A DNA stretch of 64,000 nt from Candidatus Azambacteria bacterium (lineage in GTDB: Bacteria; Patescibacteriota; Minisyncoccia; UBA10092): contig JACRAJ010000001.1 in assembly GCA_016213445.1 (NCBI GenBank), positions 142,203 to 206,202 of the forward strand, read 5' to 3'. Shown here in pieces: positions 19,780-29,593 of this stretch. The notes beneath the pieces are model-generated. The model made no database searches and had not been told where the DNA came from. It saw nothing but the letters and a program-made list of their open reading frames with translations. The stretch's first letter is position 1, and the number at the start of each line of letters is the position of its first letter. Made by a program: the position numbers and the translations under genes.

Positions 19780-20232
19780 ATTTTTAGAATATCAAAGTTA
19801 AATTTTAAAAGCAATAAAAGCAGCTTTATTCACGGTCAACTTTCCGAATCCCCGAACAAATCAATAGGTGTCGGAAACCTATCGGTTTAAACCGATAGGT
19901 TTAAAGATTTTTAACGGCAAACGAAAAAGGGCCCCGTTGAACCCCTAAAAAATATATTTATATGGGTTGGTGCCCTTTGGACCCGCGTCTGCCTTCGCGG
20001 TAAAAAACGTGAGCCTCGTTTCCATTTTACGGTCGAGACCATAATTAAATTCTTTTAAAAAGAACAAAATCGCGCGATGAGCAGATCATCGCATTCGAGT
20101 ACGAATACTCGAAAATCCTAAAACAGAAACAAGGATCTATATATATTTTCTAATATCTTTAAAACCCCGTCAACGCCAAGTTATCCACAACCCGCAAGGA
20201 AAATTATTTATATTGTTTTTAAAAGATAACTG

Positions 20233-21363
20233 CTATTTAACAAAACTGTTTATCGACGCTTCGAGAGATTTTATATAGTCGTAAGATACCGTTTGGCCGG
20301 TTAAATCTTGCAAAATAACAAACATTCCCGCGCTTGAAGTTGTAAAAATAAGATAATCGTTGTAAATGGCGTAATTTAGCGAAGCGAAAGGAACGCCAAC
20401 ATTTAAATATCGCACCGGCTGGCCGATAAAAAGATACGGTTTAAATGTTTGGGAAATTTTCGGCAATGCGGAATCGCTTAAAAATAAAGGAAAAATATCG
20501 TTTGCCAGCGTAGTTTTTTCCCAATCAGCCGTTTGCTTTTGCGCCAACCCCCGATCTTTTGTTTTGAGGATTAAAATCGGCCGCACTCCTTCTTTTTGAG
20601 CGAAATAAGCGAAAGCGAATTCATTTTCGCAGTTTGACAGGAAATCTTTGGGAGCGGATATTTGCATTAAATTCAAAAATTCTTCGGCGGTTATCGATTC
20701 TCCTTTGTATGTTATTTTCAGTTGTTTAACCGAGGCGCGAGGTTCTTCGATTTCAGCTTCGGATTTCAATGTCTGAATCAAGGTTGCCGATGTTTTCGAC
20801 GGCAGGTCGATTGTTATGGATTTGTTGGGCAGTTTGGTAAAAAATTTTATGGGCGCGGTTGTGGTTGCCGTTGGAATTGCCGGCAATGTCGGGGTTATGG
20901 CCGCAGGCGGTGTTATTTGAGGCGCCGCCGCCGGTTTGCTTTGGACAAAAATTTTCCAGTAGCCGTAAAGACCTGAAAGTGCCAAAACAATTATTGCCAA
21001 GCCGATTATTCCGAGTTTTATCCAAACCGGCGCTATTTTATACGCGGGTTTTGGAATTTCGGCTTCTTTCGGTAAAACCGGTTTTGGCGGCACGATTAAA
21101 ACCGGCGGCCGGCCGATTGGCGGAGGAATGGAAGGTTTTTCTACCGGGGCGAAAGGTTTTTCCGCCGGAGGCAGAGGCTGGGGCGCGGGCATTTGCGCTT
21201 GCGGCGCTTTATATTGAGATTCTTGAAAAATAGGTGAAACTGGCGCCGGCGCTTGCGCCGGTTTTACTTCTTCTTTTTTTGGGGCGATTCCGGACAATTT
21301 TTCCAGATCGCTTTTCATTGTTCTTATAACAATGTCTTCCGGTTTTTGCATTGGGTCGGCCAT
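20233..21363 (-). CDS. Single-pass membrane hypothetical protein, Pro-rich N-terminus
   Basis: IRTMKSDL motif, Pro-rich linker, one TM, globular C-domain. Confidence 0.75.
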   Translation of the reverse strand: MADPMQKPEDIVIRTMKSDLEKLSGIAPKKEEVKPAQAPAPVSPIFQESQYKAPQAQMPAPQPLPPAEKPFAPVEKPSIPPPIGRPPVLIVPPKPVLPKEAEIPKPAYKIAPVWIKLGIIGLAIIVLALSGLYGYWKIFVQSKPAAAPQITPPAAITPTLPAIPTATTTAPIKFFTKLPNKSITIDLPSKTSATLIQTLKSEAEIEEPRASVKQLKITYKGESITAEEFLNLMQISAPKDFLSNCENEFAFAYFAQKEGVRPILILKTKDRGLAQKQTADWEKTTLANDIFPLFLSDSALPKISQTFKPYLFIGQPVRYLNVGVPFASLNYAIYNDYLIFTTSSAGMFVILQDLTGQTVSYDYIKSLEASINSFVK

Positions 21364-21439
21364 TGAAATTATTTTAACATAAAAATATCCCCGCTTACAG
21401 CGGGGGTATTTTTATCAACTTATCCACATGATTGCATTT

Positions 21440-23536
21440 TTATTTTTCAACGTCTTTCAGCGATAAACTGATTTTACCGCCTTCGACTCTTTTTATTTTT
21501 ACTTTCACTTCGTCGCCGACATTCACGATGTCGGTAACTTTATTGACGCGATAAGACGCCAGTTCGGAAATATGGATCATTCCGTCTCTATTTCTTCCGA
21601 ATTCCACAATGGCCCCGAAATCAAGAATTTGAACCACTTTGCCGACAACAATATCGCCGACTTTATATTCTTTAACGATACCTTCCACCATTTCTTTGGC
21701 TTTAGCGCCGCTTTCTTCATTTTCGGCGGTTATAAAGACAATCCCCGATTCTTCAATGTCGATTTTAGCGCCGGTTTGGTCGATAATTTCATTTATAACC
21801 TTGCCGCCCGGGCCGATAACTTCTCTTATTTTATCAACCGGGATTTTAACGGTGATAATTCTCGGCGCCAAAGGCGACAACTCCGATTTCGGCGCGCCAA
21901 TGGCTTTTAACATATTTTCCAAAATTTCCAACCGCGCTTTTTTGGCTTGATATAAGACTTCTTTCAAAATTTTCGTGTCAATGCCATTTATTTTAACGTC
22001 CATTTGCATTGCGGTGATGCCGTCTTTGGTGCCGGCCACTTTAAAATCCATATCGCCGTGGTGGTCTTCCGGCCCCTGGATGTCGGTGAGAATTTTATAA
22101 TCTCCTTTTCCGTCGCTCATAAGGCCCATGGCTATGCCGGCCACCGGTTTGGAAATCGGGACCCCGGCGTCCATTAAAGCTAAAACAGAGCCGCAAACCG
22201 ATGCCATCGACGAAGAGCCGTTTGAAGATAAAACCTCGGAAACAACTCTGATGGCATAGGGGAAGTCTTCTTTTGGGGGCACGACAGGCAAAAGCGCTCT
22301 TTCCGCCAAAGCGCCGTGGCCTATTTCTCTTCTTCCCGGAGCGCCCATTCTGCCCGTTTCCCCAACCGAAAACGGCGGGAAATTATACATATGCATAAAA
22401 TGCTTTTTTGTGGAAATAACCATCCCTTCGATAATCAACACATCGGAAGGAGAACCTAAAGTGAGGGCCGATAAAACTTGCGTTTCCCCTCTTTGAAATA
22501 GGCCGCTGCCGTGAGTGCGCGGCAAAACTTCTATTTCCGAAGTCAACGCTCTCAATTCGTCGAGTTTTCTTCCGTCCGGCCGCCTGCCTTTTTCAAGCAC
22601 GTTTTCATGCACCATTTTGTCAATCGCTTCTTCGAAGAAAATCTCCGCTTCCTGTATTTTTTCTTCGCCGAGTTCGGCAAAGAATTCTTTCATTCGGCTT
22701 TTAAGCGTTTCCAAATTGGAAACGCGTTTTGATTTGTCTTTTTCGTAAATCGCGTTTTCCAAAGCGTTGCCGGCGCTTAAAAACTTCATCACTTCGTTTT
22801 TTAATTCCATGTCGGCGGTTTTTACGGTTAGCGCCGCTTTGGCGGTTTTAAAATCGCCGGCGATTTTTTTGTTGAAATTCGCCAAGTCTTTAAACGATTG
22901 TTCGGCGAAATCTATGCCTTTTGCCAATTCATCTTCCCCGATTTCATTTAAGGGGCCGGCTTCAACCATGTTTATTTTCAAATCCGAAGAAACCGAGACC
23001 ACTAAATCGGCCAACCCATTTTCGCGCTCCTCAAAAGACGGATTGACAATCCATTTATCGCCCGTTAGGCCGATTCTCACGGCCGCAACGGGGCCATTCC
23101 AGGGGATATCGGAAATCATCAATGCGATAGAGGCGGCGTTTATCGCCAAAACGTCGGGATCGTTTTTTTCGTCAACCGAAAGAACCGTGGTAATGATTTG
23201 AATTTCATTTCTTATGTTTTGGTCGAAAAGCGGCCTTATGGAGCGGTCGATTAACCGGGCGTTTAAAATCGCTTCTTCCGAAGGGCGGCCTTCGCGCCGC
23301 ATGAACCGCGAGCCCAATATTTTTCCGCGGGCGTAATATTTTTCTTCGTAATCAACGGTTAGAGGAAAAAAATCTCTTCCGCTTTTTCTTTCTCCCGCCA
23401 TAACGGCGGTTGCCAAAACCACTGTTTCGCCCAATTGGGCGAGAACGGCGCCATTGGCTTGGTTGGCCATTTTGCCGATTTCTATTTTCAGCGTTTGGCC
23501 GGCAAGTTCCAATTCATATTTTTTAATTTCAGACAT
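21440..23536 (-). CDS. pnp: Polyribonucleotide nucleotidyltransferase
   Basis: FFPLTVDYEE, RLIDRSIRP, HGSGLFQRGETQ, RREIGHG, GDMDFKVAG, KH and S1 domains. Confidence 0.98.
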   Translation of the reverse strand: MSEIKKYELELAGQTLKIEIGKMANQANGAVLAQLGETVVLATAVMAGERKSGRDFFPLTVDYEEKYYARGKILGSRFMRREGRPSEEAILNARLIDRSIRPLFDQNIRNEIQIITTVLSVDEKNDPDVLAINAASIALMISDIPWNGPVAAVRIGLTGDKWIVNPSFEERENGLADLVVSVSSDLKINMVEAGPLNEIGEDELAKGIDFAEQSFKDLANFNKKIAGDFKTAKAALTVKTADMELKNEVMKFLSAGNALENAIYEKDKSKRVSNLETLKSRMKEFFAELGEEKIQEAEIFFEEAIDKMVHENVLEKGRRPDGRKLDELRALTSEIEVLPRTHGSGLFQRGETQVLSALTLGSPSDVLIIEGMVISTKKHFMHMYNFPPFSVGETGRMGAPGRREIGHGALAERALLPVVPPKEDFPYAIRVVSEVLSSNGSSSMASVCGSVLALMDAGVPISKPVAGIAMGLMSDGKGDYKILTDIQGPEDHHGDMDFKVAGTKDGITAMQMDVKINGIDTKILKEVLYQAKKARLEILENMLKAIGAPKSELSPLAPRIITVKIPVDKIREVIGPGGKVINEIIDQTGAKIDIEESGIVFITAENEESGAKAKEMVEGIVKEYKVGDIVVGKVVQILDFGAIVEFGRNRDGMIHISELASYRVNKVTDIVNVGDEVKVKIKRVEGGKISLSLKDVEK

Positions 23537-24110
23537 TGATTTTTATTTTTTTATTAGAGGTTTTTCCGCCGGAAGCAGATCTGCCCTTTGTGGATAATTT
23601 TTTGCTTGGGATGGTAAATTTTTTGGGATCGGCCGACATATCGATAAAATCATCCGCCGCTTCTTTCAATTTTGCCGAAGTGGAGCGGCCGAAAGCGATA
23701 ACCTCAACCTGCCGTCCCCTTCCTCTGATATATTCCACAAGCGGAACGAAATCGCCGTCGCCGGTGCCAAGCACCAAGGCGTCGATTGTTGATTCGCTAA
23801 GCCGAATGGCGTCTATGGCCATTCCGACGTCCCAGTCGCCCTTTTTCACTCCGCCGGGGAAAATTTGAAGGTCTTTCACCTTAGTTTCAATGCCCATTTT
23901 AGTGAGGGCTTCGAAAAAAGCCGCTTCTTCCCCGGTTTCGGTTTTTATAACGTAAGCGAGGGCGCGAATTAATCTGCGGCCCGCTAAAGCCGCTTTTAAA
24001 ATTTCATTGAAATTGACCCGGGCGTTGTATAAATTTTTGGCGGAATGATAAAGATTCTGAACGTCTATTAAAATGGCGACTCGCTGGTCTTTATGCTTTA
24101 TTATGGGCAT
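23529..24110 (-). CDS. NYN domain (LabA/DUF88) protein
   Basis: IDVQNLY, KGDWDVGMAID, GDGDFVP, L..AAD.F. Confidence 0.92.
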   Translation of the reverse strand: MPIIKHKDQRVAILIDVQNLYHSAKNLYNARVNFNEILKAALAGRRLIRALAYVIKTETGEEAAFFEALTKMGIETKVKDLQIFPGGVKKGDWDVGMAIDAIRLSESTIDALVLGTGDGDFVPLVEYIRGRGRQVEVIAFGRSTSAKLKEAADDFIDMSADPKKFTIPSKKLSTKGRSASGGKTSNKKIKINV

Positions 24111-24183
24111 GTAAATTTAAAACTCAAAAGTCAAAATTGAAATAAAAAGTTTAAGATTTATAATTTTATTTTTAACTTTTGTC

Positions 24184-24450
24184 TTACTTCTTTAATCCTA
24201 ATTTTTTAATCAAAGCTTTATACCTTTTTTCGTTTTCTTTCGCCAGATAATTCAAAAGGCGCTTTCTTTTTGAAACCATGCCTAAAAGGCCGCGCCGCGA
24301 ATGATTGTCTTTGGGGTGTTTTTTCAAATGTTTGGCAAGCTGATCTATCTCCTCGCTTAAAATGGCAACTTGAACTTCAGTCGACCCTGTGTCGGTTGGA
24401 TGAACCTTGTGCTTTTCGATTACTTTTGATTTTGCTTTAGTTTTTAGCAT
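24184..24450 (-). CDS. rpsO: 30S ribosomal protein S15
   Basis: [22 protein letters not shown]; upstream of pnp. Confidence 0.98.
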   Translation of the reverse strand: MLKTKAKSKVIEKHKVHPTDTGSTEVQVAILSEEIDQLAKHLKKHPKDNHSRRGLLGMVSKRKRLLNYLAKENEKRYKALIKKLGLKK

Positions 24451-24565
24451 TGTTTAAGCATAATATCACAGGATTTATTTTTCGTAAATAGCGCGTGGTA
24501 AAATATTTTGCGACATTGCGGTTTTTTGGGTATAATTAAGATTATTTAAGTTCAATCCCGTTGTT

Positions 24566-24712
24566 TTTAAAACCAATATAAATAATTTTTCTCGCGCATT
24601 CACCTCGCCAGCGCGAGGCTCATTGTCCGATGAAAGCGTTTTGTCCCCCTGCGGGGGAACCATGCCAAAACGCTTTCATAAGCTTCGTAAAATTATTTAT
24701 ATTGTTTTTAAA
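24566..24712 (-). repeat. Structured dispersed element, copy C
   Basis: 24-bp terminal inverted repeat with one mismatch (24566-24589/24689-24712) with the same internal motifs. Confidence 0.9.
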
Positions 24713-24737
24713 GAAGGAAAAAAATTATTTTATTCAA

Positions 24738-25667
24738 ATGAATATCAACGATTTATTAAAGGACTATCTTGATTATTTAGAGATAGAAAAAAACCGCTCG
24801 GTGAAGACGCGGGCTAATTACGAGCGTTATTTGAAAAAATTTTTAAGTTTTTCAAAAATTTCCAAACCGGAGCAAATTTCCCAAGACTTGACAAGGCAAT
24901 ACCGTTTGTGGCTTAATAGGCAATTTTCTAGCCAAGGTTCGGATAAAACCATAAAGAAAAACACTCAAAATTATCACTTAATCGCTTTAAGAAGTTTTTT
25001 AAAGTATCTTTCCAGGCGCGACATAAAAGTTTTGCCGGCGGACAAGATTGAATTGGCGAAACAATCGGAGCGGCAGGTTGTTTTTCTGGAAAACAACGAG
25101 CTTGAGCGCCTGTTAAAAGCGCCAAGCGGCGATTCTTTCAAGGATTTGCGCGACAAAGCGATTTTAGAACTTTTGTTTTCAACCGGATTGCGCGTTTCGG
25201 AACTCTGCGGACTTAATCGCGATTCGATAAATTTAACCGCGATAGCCGGCAAATCCGGCGAATTTGCCGTGCGCGGCAAGGGCGACAAAATTCGCCTTGT
25301 TTTTATTTCCGATACCGCCAAAGCAACTTTAAACAAATATCTTGCCAAGCGCAGGGATGTTGACGAGGCGCTATTTACAAGAAACATAAAAAATCCCGCC
25401 AAGTCAGATAATTTACGGCTAACGCCAAGAAGTGTTGAGCGCTTGGTAAAGTATTATGCCGCTAAGGCGGGATTGTCGAAAAAAGTGACTCCGCACGCCT
25501 TGCGCCATAGTTTTGCCACTGATTTGCTTATAAACGGCGCCGATATTCGCTCCGTTCAATCGCTTTTAGGCCACTCAAATATTACGACAACCCAAATTTA
25601 CACTCACATAACAGATAAGCAGCTTCGCGAAGTTCATCAGCAGTTTCACGGGAAACGAAGGAAATAA
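24738..25667 (+). CDS. xerC: Tyrosine recombinase XerC/XerD
   Basis: TGLRVSEL, GKG.K.R, TPHALRHSFAT, LLGH....TTQIYTH; ATG at 24738 preferred. Confidence 0.9.
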   Translation: MNINDLLKDYLDYLEIEKNRSVKTRANYERYLKKFLSFSKISKPEQISQDLTRQYRLWLNRQFSSQGSDKTIKKNTQNYHLIALRSFLKYLSRRDIKVLPADKIELAKQSERQVVFLENNELERLLKAPSGDSFKDLRDKAILELLFSTGLRVSELCGLNRDSINLTAIAGKSGEFAVRGKGDKIRLVFISDTAKATLNKYLAKRRDVDEALFTRNIKNPAKSDNLRLTPRSVERLVKYYAAKAGLSKKVTPHALRHSFATDLLINGADIRSVQSLLGHSNITTTQIYTHITDKQLREVHQQFHGKRRK

Positions 25668-25680
25668 ATTGATTATTATG

Positions 25681-25752
25681 TGGGCAGTGTAGGAATCGGA
25701 CCTACAACCTTCTGTGTGTAAAACAGACGTTCTACCATTGAACTAACTGCCC
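25681..25752 (-). tRNA. tRNA-Val(TAC)
   Basis: Cloverleaf GGGCAGT...ACTGCCCA; anticodon loop TTTACAC. Confidence 0.93.
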
Positions 25753-25800
25753 TTGTTTTGGCCTTTTGTCCATTATAACGGCAATAAGATTAAAATGACA

Positions 25801-25970
25801 ATGGCCATGTCCGCATTTGTCCGGGACATGTCCGGACACATTGCGTCCACAATGCGGCCATGGCCGATATGACATGCGGCCACATTGCGGCCATGACTAT
25901 CGGCCACATTGCGTCCATGGACGCATTCGGCCCTATTGGTGGCCGCATTGGCCGCGGCATAATGCCGCGG
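25801..25970. repeat. Array of TGCG(G/T)CCA octamers in both orientations
   Basis: Five forward and two reverse exact copies plus degenerate copies in ~170 bp. Confidence 0.75.
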
Positions 25971-26069
25971 TTTTTTTATTTGATTTTAATTAATTTAGTC
26001 AAAGCAGTTTAAATAAGTTTTATCAAATTTTCGGCAAAAGAGGATAAGTTGTTGATAAATTTTAATAAG

Positions 26070-26453
26070 TTAAATCAAGTTTACATTTTCGATATGTTTA
26101 ATCCGGGCATTTTTTGCTTCGAAATCCAAATTTATCGCCACAATATCAATTCGCCAATCTTGGTTTTCGGAAATTTTATTCTCGCTTAAATAAGTTGCAA
26201 TTATTCTCGATAATTGGCGCTTCTTGTGTCGCGTTATATTTTCTTCCGGCCGCCACTCGAATTTTGCGTTTTGAGCTTTTACTTCGATGAACGCTATTTC
26301 CCGGATTTTTGAAGCCGCGTCCAAGGCGATTATATCAATTTCGCCCCATGGCTTGCGATAGTTTCTCGTTAAAATTTTATAACCGTGTTTTTTCAAATAT
26401 TTAGCGGCAATGTCTTCTCCCAATTTCCCGATGTTTTGTTTTTCCGTTGTCAC
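26070..26453 (-). CDS. yraN: YraN (UPF0102) family endonuclease-like protein
   Basis: G..GE..A..YL...GY.IL.RNY...GEIDII...FIEVK. Confidence 0.93.
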   Translation of the reverse strand: MTTEKQNIGKLGEDIAAKYLKKHGYKILTRNYRKPWGEIDIIALDAASKIREIAFIEVKAQNAKFEWRPEENITRHKKRQLSRIIATYLSENKISENQDWRIDIVAINLDFEAKNARIKHIENVNLI

Positions 26454-26476
26454 GGTTTTATGTGGAACGTTAATTG

Positions 26477-26548
26477 TGTCCCCATGAGGAGTCGGACCTC
26501 AATCTACTCCTTAGAAGGGAGTCGTTCTATCCGTTGAACTATGGGGAC
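26477..26548 (-). tRNA. tRNA-Arg(TCT)
   Basis: GTCCCCA...TGGGGACA; anticodon loop CTTCTAA. Confidence 0.93.
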
Positions 26549-26657
26549 ATTTTAAAACTATTGCGTGAAATTATCGCAATTAATTTTAAAATACCATAAA
26601 ATAAGTTGAAATTCAACCGATTTTCGGATATGATTTATAAGTATTAAGGCGGGTAAA

Positions 26658-26731
26658 CGGGGAGTCGTATAGTGGTAGTACGTATGCTTTGGGAGCATAT
26701 AGCCCGAGTTCGATTCTCGGCTCCCCGACCA
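26658..26731 (+). tRNA. tRNA-Pro(TGG)
   Basis: CGGGGAG...CTCCCCGACCA; anticodon loop TTTGGGA. Confidence 0.95.
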
Positions 26732-26825
26732 AATGCAACTTTGTAAATTTTTTGAATAGGCCTTGAATTATTGGGTTTGCGGATTTTGTTTTCCGATAAA
26801 TTAAAATTTTGGAAGAAAAAATAAC

Positions 26826-27866
26826 ATGAATCATCAAAAATCGGAGCTTTATTTTTTACTCACTCTCCTTGCGGTAATTTTTGTCCTCGCCTTTTTCATT
26901 TTTAAACCCTTTCTATACGCTCTCATCTTGGCGGCAGTTTTTGCGACTGTTTTTGAGCCGGTTTACAAAATGGCGCTTGCCATTACTCGTGAAAAAAAAG
27001 GTTTGGCGGCATTTCTCTCCACCGTCTTCGTTTTTATTGTTGTCGTGGTTCCTCTCGCGCTTTTAGGCGCGCAGATTTTTCAAGAAGCAACGGGTCTTTA
27101 TTCTTCAATCATAAGCAACGGCGGCGCAACCGATTTTTCTCGCAGACTGGAAGATGCGGTAAACAACTTCAAAAAAATTTTTCCCGCGCCGGTGGAAATC
27201 TCTTTTGATGTCGGCCAGTATGTAAGGCAAGGGCTGGATTGGCTGCTTAGGCATCTCGGTTCTTTTTTCGCGAATGTCGCGCAAGCAACGGTGAGTGTTT
27301 TTATATTCCTTACAGCTTTATATTACTTGTTCAAGGATGGCCGCAAACTCAAAAGCGCCATTATCGCGCTAAGTCCTCTCGCAGACACCCATGATGAAGC
27401 AATTTTCAATAAACTTGCTTTAACGGTTAATTCGGTTATCAGGGGGACTCTTATGGTGGCGATTGTCCAAGGTGTATTAACCGCGGTTGGTTTTACGCTT
27501 TTTGGGGTCCCCAACGCGGCGCTGTGGGGAAGCGTTGCGGCAATTGCCGCATTAATCCCCGGCATCGGGACGGCTTTGGTGCTTCTTCCGGCAATTTTTT
27601 ATCTTTTCTTTGGCGGAGAATCTATTTCCGCGGCCGGTCTTCTTGTTTGGGGGATAACGGCCGTGGGGCTTATTGATAACTTTTTGGGACCGAAACTTGT
27701 TGAGCGGAGAATACGGCTTCATCCGTTTCTCATACTTCTTTCTACTTTGGGCGGAATCGTCTTTTTCGGGCCTTTCGGATTCTTGTTGGGGCCGCTCGTC
27801 TTAAGTTTACTCTTCGCTCTCCTTGAAATTTATGTCGATGTCAGCAGAGAGCGCGACAACCGCTAA
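26826..27866 (+). CDS. AI-2E family transporter
   Basis: Polytopic; IPGIG, IDNFLGPKL, LGG...FG..GF.LGP motifs. Confidence 0.92.
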   Translation: MNHQKSELYFLLTLLAVIFVLAFFIFKPFLYALILAAVFATVFEPVYKMALAITREKKGLAAFLSTVFVFIVVVVPLALLGAQIFQEATGLYSSIISNGGATDFSRRLEDAVNNFKKIFPAPVEISFDVGQYVRQGLDWLLRHLGSFFANVAQATVSVFIFLTALYYLFKDGRKLKSAIIALSPLADTHDEAIFNKLALTVNSVIRGTLMVAIVQGVLTAVGFTLFGVPNAALWGSVAAIAALIPGIGTALVLLPAIFYLFFGGESISAAGLLVWGITAVGLIDNFLGPKLVERRIRLHPFLILLSTLGGIVFFGPFGFLLGPLVLSLLFALLEIYVDVSRERDNR

Positions 27867-27977
27867 TCGAGAAAAATGGTTGGCTGTGTTTTGACCCATC
27901 GATGGAATATTGCTATCATCATTTAAATATTTTGCTTTGCGCCGCGCTTGATAATTGCGGCAGGAGTTTAAAATTTC

Positions 27978-28048
27978 GGGCCCATAGTAAAGTGGCATTA
28001 CGCTACATTCGCATTGTAGAGGCGGGAGTTCGATTCTCCCTGGGTCCA
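27978..28048 (+). tRNA. tRNA-Ala(CGC)
   Basis: GGGCCCA/TGGGTCC acceptor with G3:U70; anticodon loop TTCGCAT. Confidence 0.93.
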
Positions 28049-29563
28049 CAATTCAAAACTTTTCAACTTTTTCGCTGGGGACAAGTCGGAATGCTCGCCG
28101 CACCCAGTGGCGCGGCTCGCAAGGAATTGAGCCCAAAAATCCCACGGCGCAGAAAACGAAAAGGAAACGGATTTGTCCAAAAGTTGATGGTTCGTTCCAA
28201 CTTTTTGGACAAATGCCTTTATTTCTCCGAAACTGTCGCTCCGCGACAGTTTTTCGGCTTTCTGTATGTCTAAAATCCAACTCCGCAATGGTTCAATCCA
28301 ATTCTTTCCCATGCGTCCAAAATCGCTCTTTTGGGACGCAAGAGAAACTTTTTGTTTCAAAAGTTCTTCCTTTTTGACGAGATAACTTTCCTTTGGTATG
28401 TCGCCGTCAATATAAGAAGAAACGAGCTTGTCCAGTTTCTCTTGCGTCTCTTTCTGATTTCCCCGCAGATTTTGGACGAATGTTTGCGATGAGTCTACTT
28501 GCTCCTTTTCCCACGCTTCAACTTGCTTCAACATTTTTCCCGTCCACTCATCGCAAAGCGCAACGCTTTGAAGCCGTGATTTTAGTTGCGAAACAAGCAA
28601 ATCTTCTCGTAAATATTTTTGAGCACAATTTCCCTTTTTCCGCGTACACCGATAGTAGCGATATGTTCCGCCGTTGCCGTGCGCGTATTGAGCGGTGATT
28701 GCGCTTCCACATTGTCCACAGGTGAGTAGTCCGGTAAAAGGGAAATTGTGCCTCTGTTTGGATTTGCGAGGTTTTGCTTTTCGCTTCAAAATCTCCTGCA
28801 CGGCTTCAAAGGTTGCGAGGGAAAGAATTGGCTCAAAGCGTCCGTCAAAGTATTCGCCTTTGTGCGCCACAAAACCGAGATATGCCCGATTGGTGAGCAT
28901 CCGATGGACGGATGCTTTGGCAAGTGGCGTTCGGTGCCGAGTTTCAATACCAAGTTCCGCCAAAAACTCCGAAAGAGATTTAAGCGTATGCGTGCCTTTG
29001 GCGAATTCCTCAAACGCTCGCACTACAATTTTTGATTTCGCGGGGTGCGGTTCAATCGTGCGAGTTTTGGGATTGTTCACATAGCCAAAGGGTGCGAGCG
29101 TCAGCCATTCTCCACGGCGGAGTTTTTGGCGGATACCGCGATTGATGTTCTCTACCAAATTATCCGAGTAATATTTGGATTGACCGAACGCCACTTGCAA
29201 CATAAATTTCCCTTGCGGAGTTGGCTCAAACCAAAATGTCGGAAAACGCAAAGAAACGATTTTTTCGATATCCACGAGATAGATGACGCGTCCGCCGTCA
29301 ACGCTATTGCGAGCAAGGCGATCCGGATGCCAGGCGAGTATTCCCACGCCTTGCGATTGCTCAATAAGCGTCATCATCTCGTTGAATTTCTCTCGTCCGG
29401 GTTTCTTTGCGCTTTCCGCCTCGGTAAATTCTTGGAGAATTTCCGCATTTTCTCTACGCGCATATTCTCGTAGCTCAAAGAGTTGAGCTTCAATACTCAT
29501 AATTTGGTGGTCGTCATCTTCGGTGGACTTGCGAGCGTAGAGAAAATATTTTGGTTTGAGCAT
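27998..29563 (-). CDS. Large serine recombinase (resolvase + recombinase + Zn ribbon + coiled coil)
   Basis: YARKS catalytic motif, DRLARN, APFGY, CGQCG..YYRC; last codons read antisense through tRNA-Ala. Confidence 0.95.
   Translation of the reverse strand: MLKPKYFLYARKSTEDDDHQIMSIEAQLFELREYARRENAEILQEFTEAESAKKPGREKFNEMMTLIEQSQGVGILAWHPDRLARNSVDGGRVIYLVDIEKIVSLRFPTFWFEPTPQGKFMLQVAFGQSKYYSDNLVENINRGIRQKLRRGEWLTLAPFGYVNNPKTRTIEPHPAKSKIVVRAFEEFAKGTHTLKSLSEFLAELGIETRHRTPLAKASVHRMLTNRAYLGFVAHKGEYFDGRFEPILSLATFEAVQEILKRKAKPRKSKQRHNFPFTGLLTCGQCGSAITAQYAHGNGGTYRYYRCTRKKGNCAQKYLREDLLVSQLKSRLQSVALCDEWTGKMLKQVEAWEKEQVDSSQTFVQNLRGNQKETQEKLDKLVSSYIDGDIPKESYLVKKEELLKQKVSLASQKSDFGRMGKNWIEPLRSWILDIQKAEKLSRSDSFGEIKAFVQKVGTNHQLLDKSVSFSFSAPWDFWAQFLASRATGCGEHSDLSPAKKLKSFELWTQGESNSRLYNANVA
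28046..28171 (-). repeat. Arm A copy 1 (recombinase 3' coding region abutting tRNA-Ala)
   Basis: 116/126 identity to 29594-29719 in inverted orientation (manual alignment). Confidence 0.92.
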
Positions 29564-29593
29564 AATTTTTGAATTAGGATTTTAGATATACAG

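Noticed and set aside
24630..24737. N-terminal extension of XerC in the ORF track
   Set aside because: Derived from element copy C; ATG at 24738 gives a normal Xer N-terminus
24738..25752. Tyrosine recombinase next to tRNA-Val as a prophage integrase
   Set aside because: Sequence is Xer-like, with no att duplication or phage genes
25801..25970. CRISPR array
   Set aside because: Repeats are 8 bp, in both orientations, with no unique spacers and no cas genes
27867..27910. Possible arm-B remnant after the AI-2E gene (ANHF)
   Set aside because: Similarity too short and no matching tRNA core
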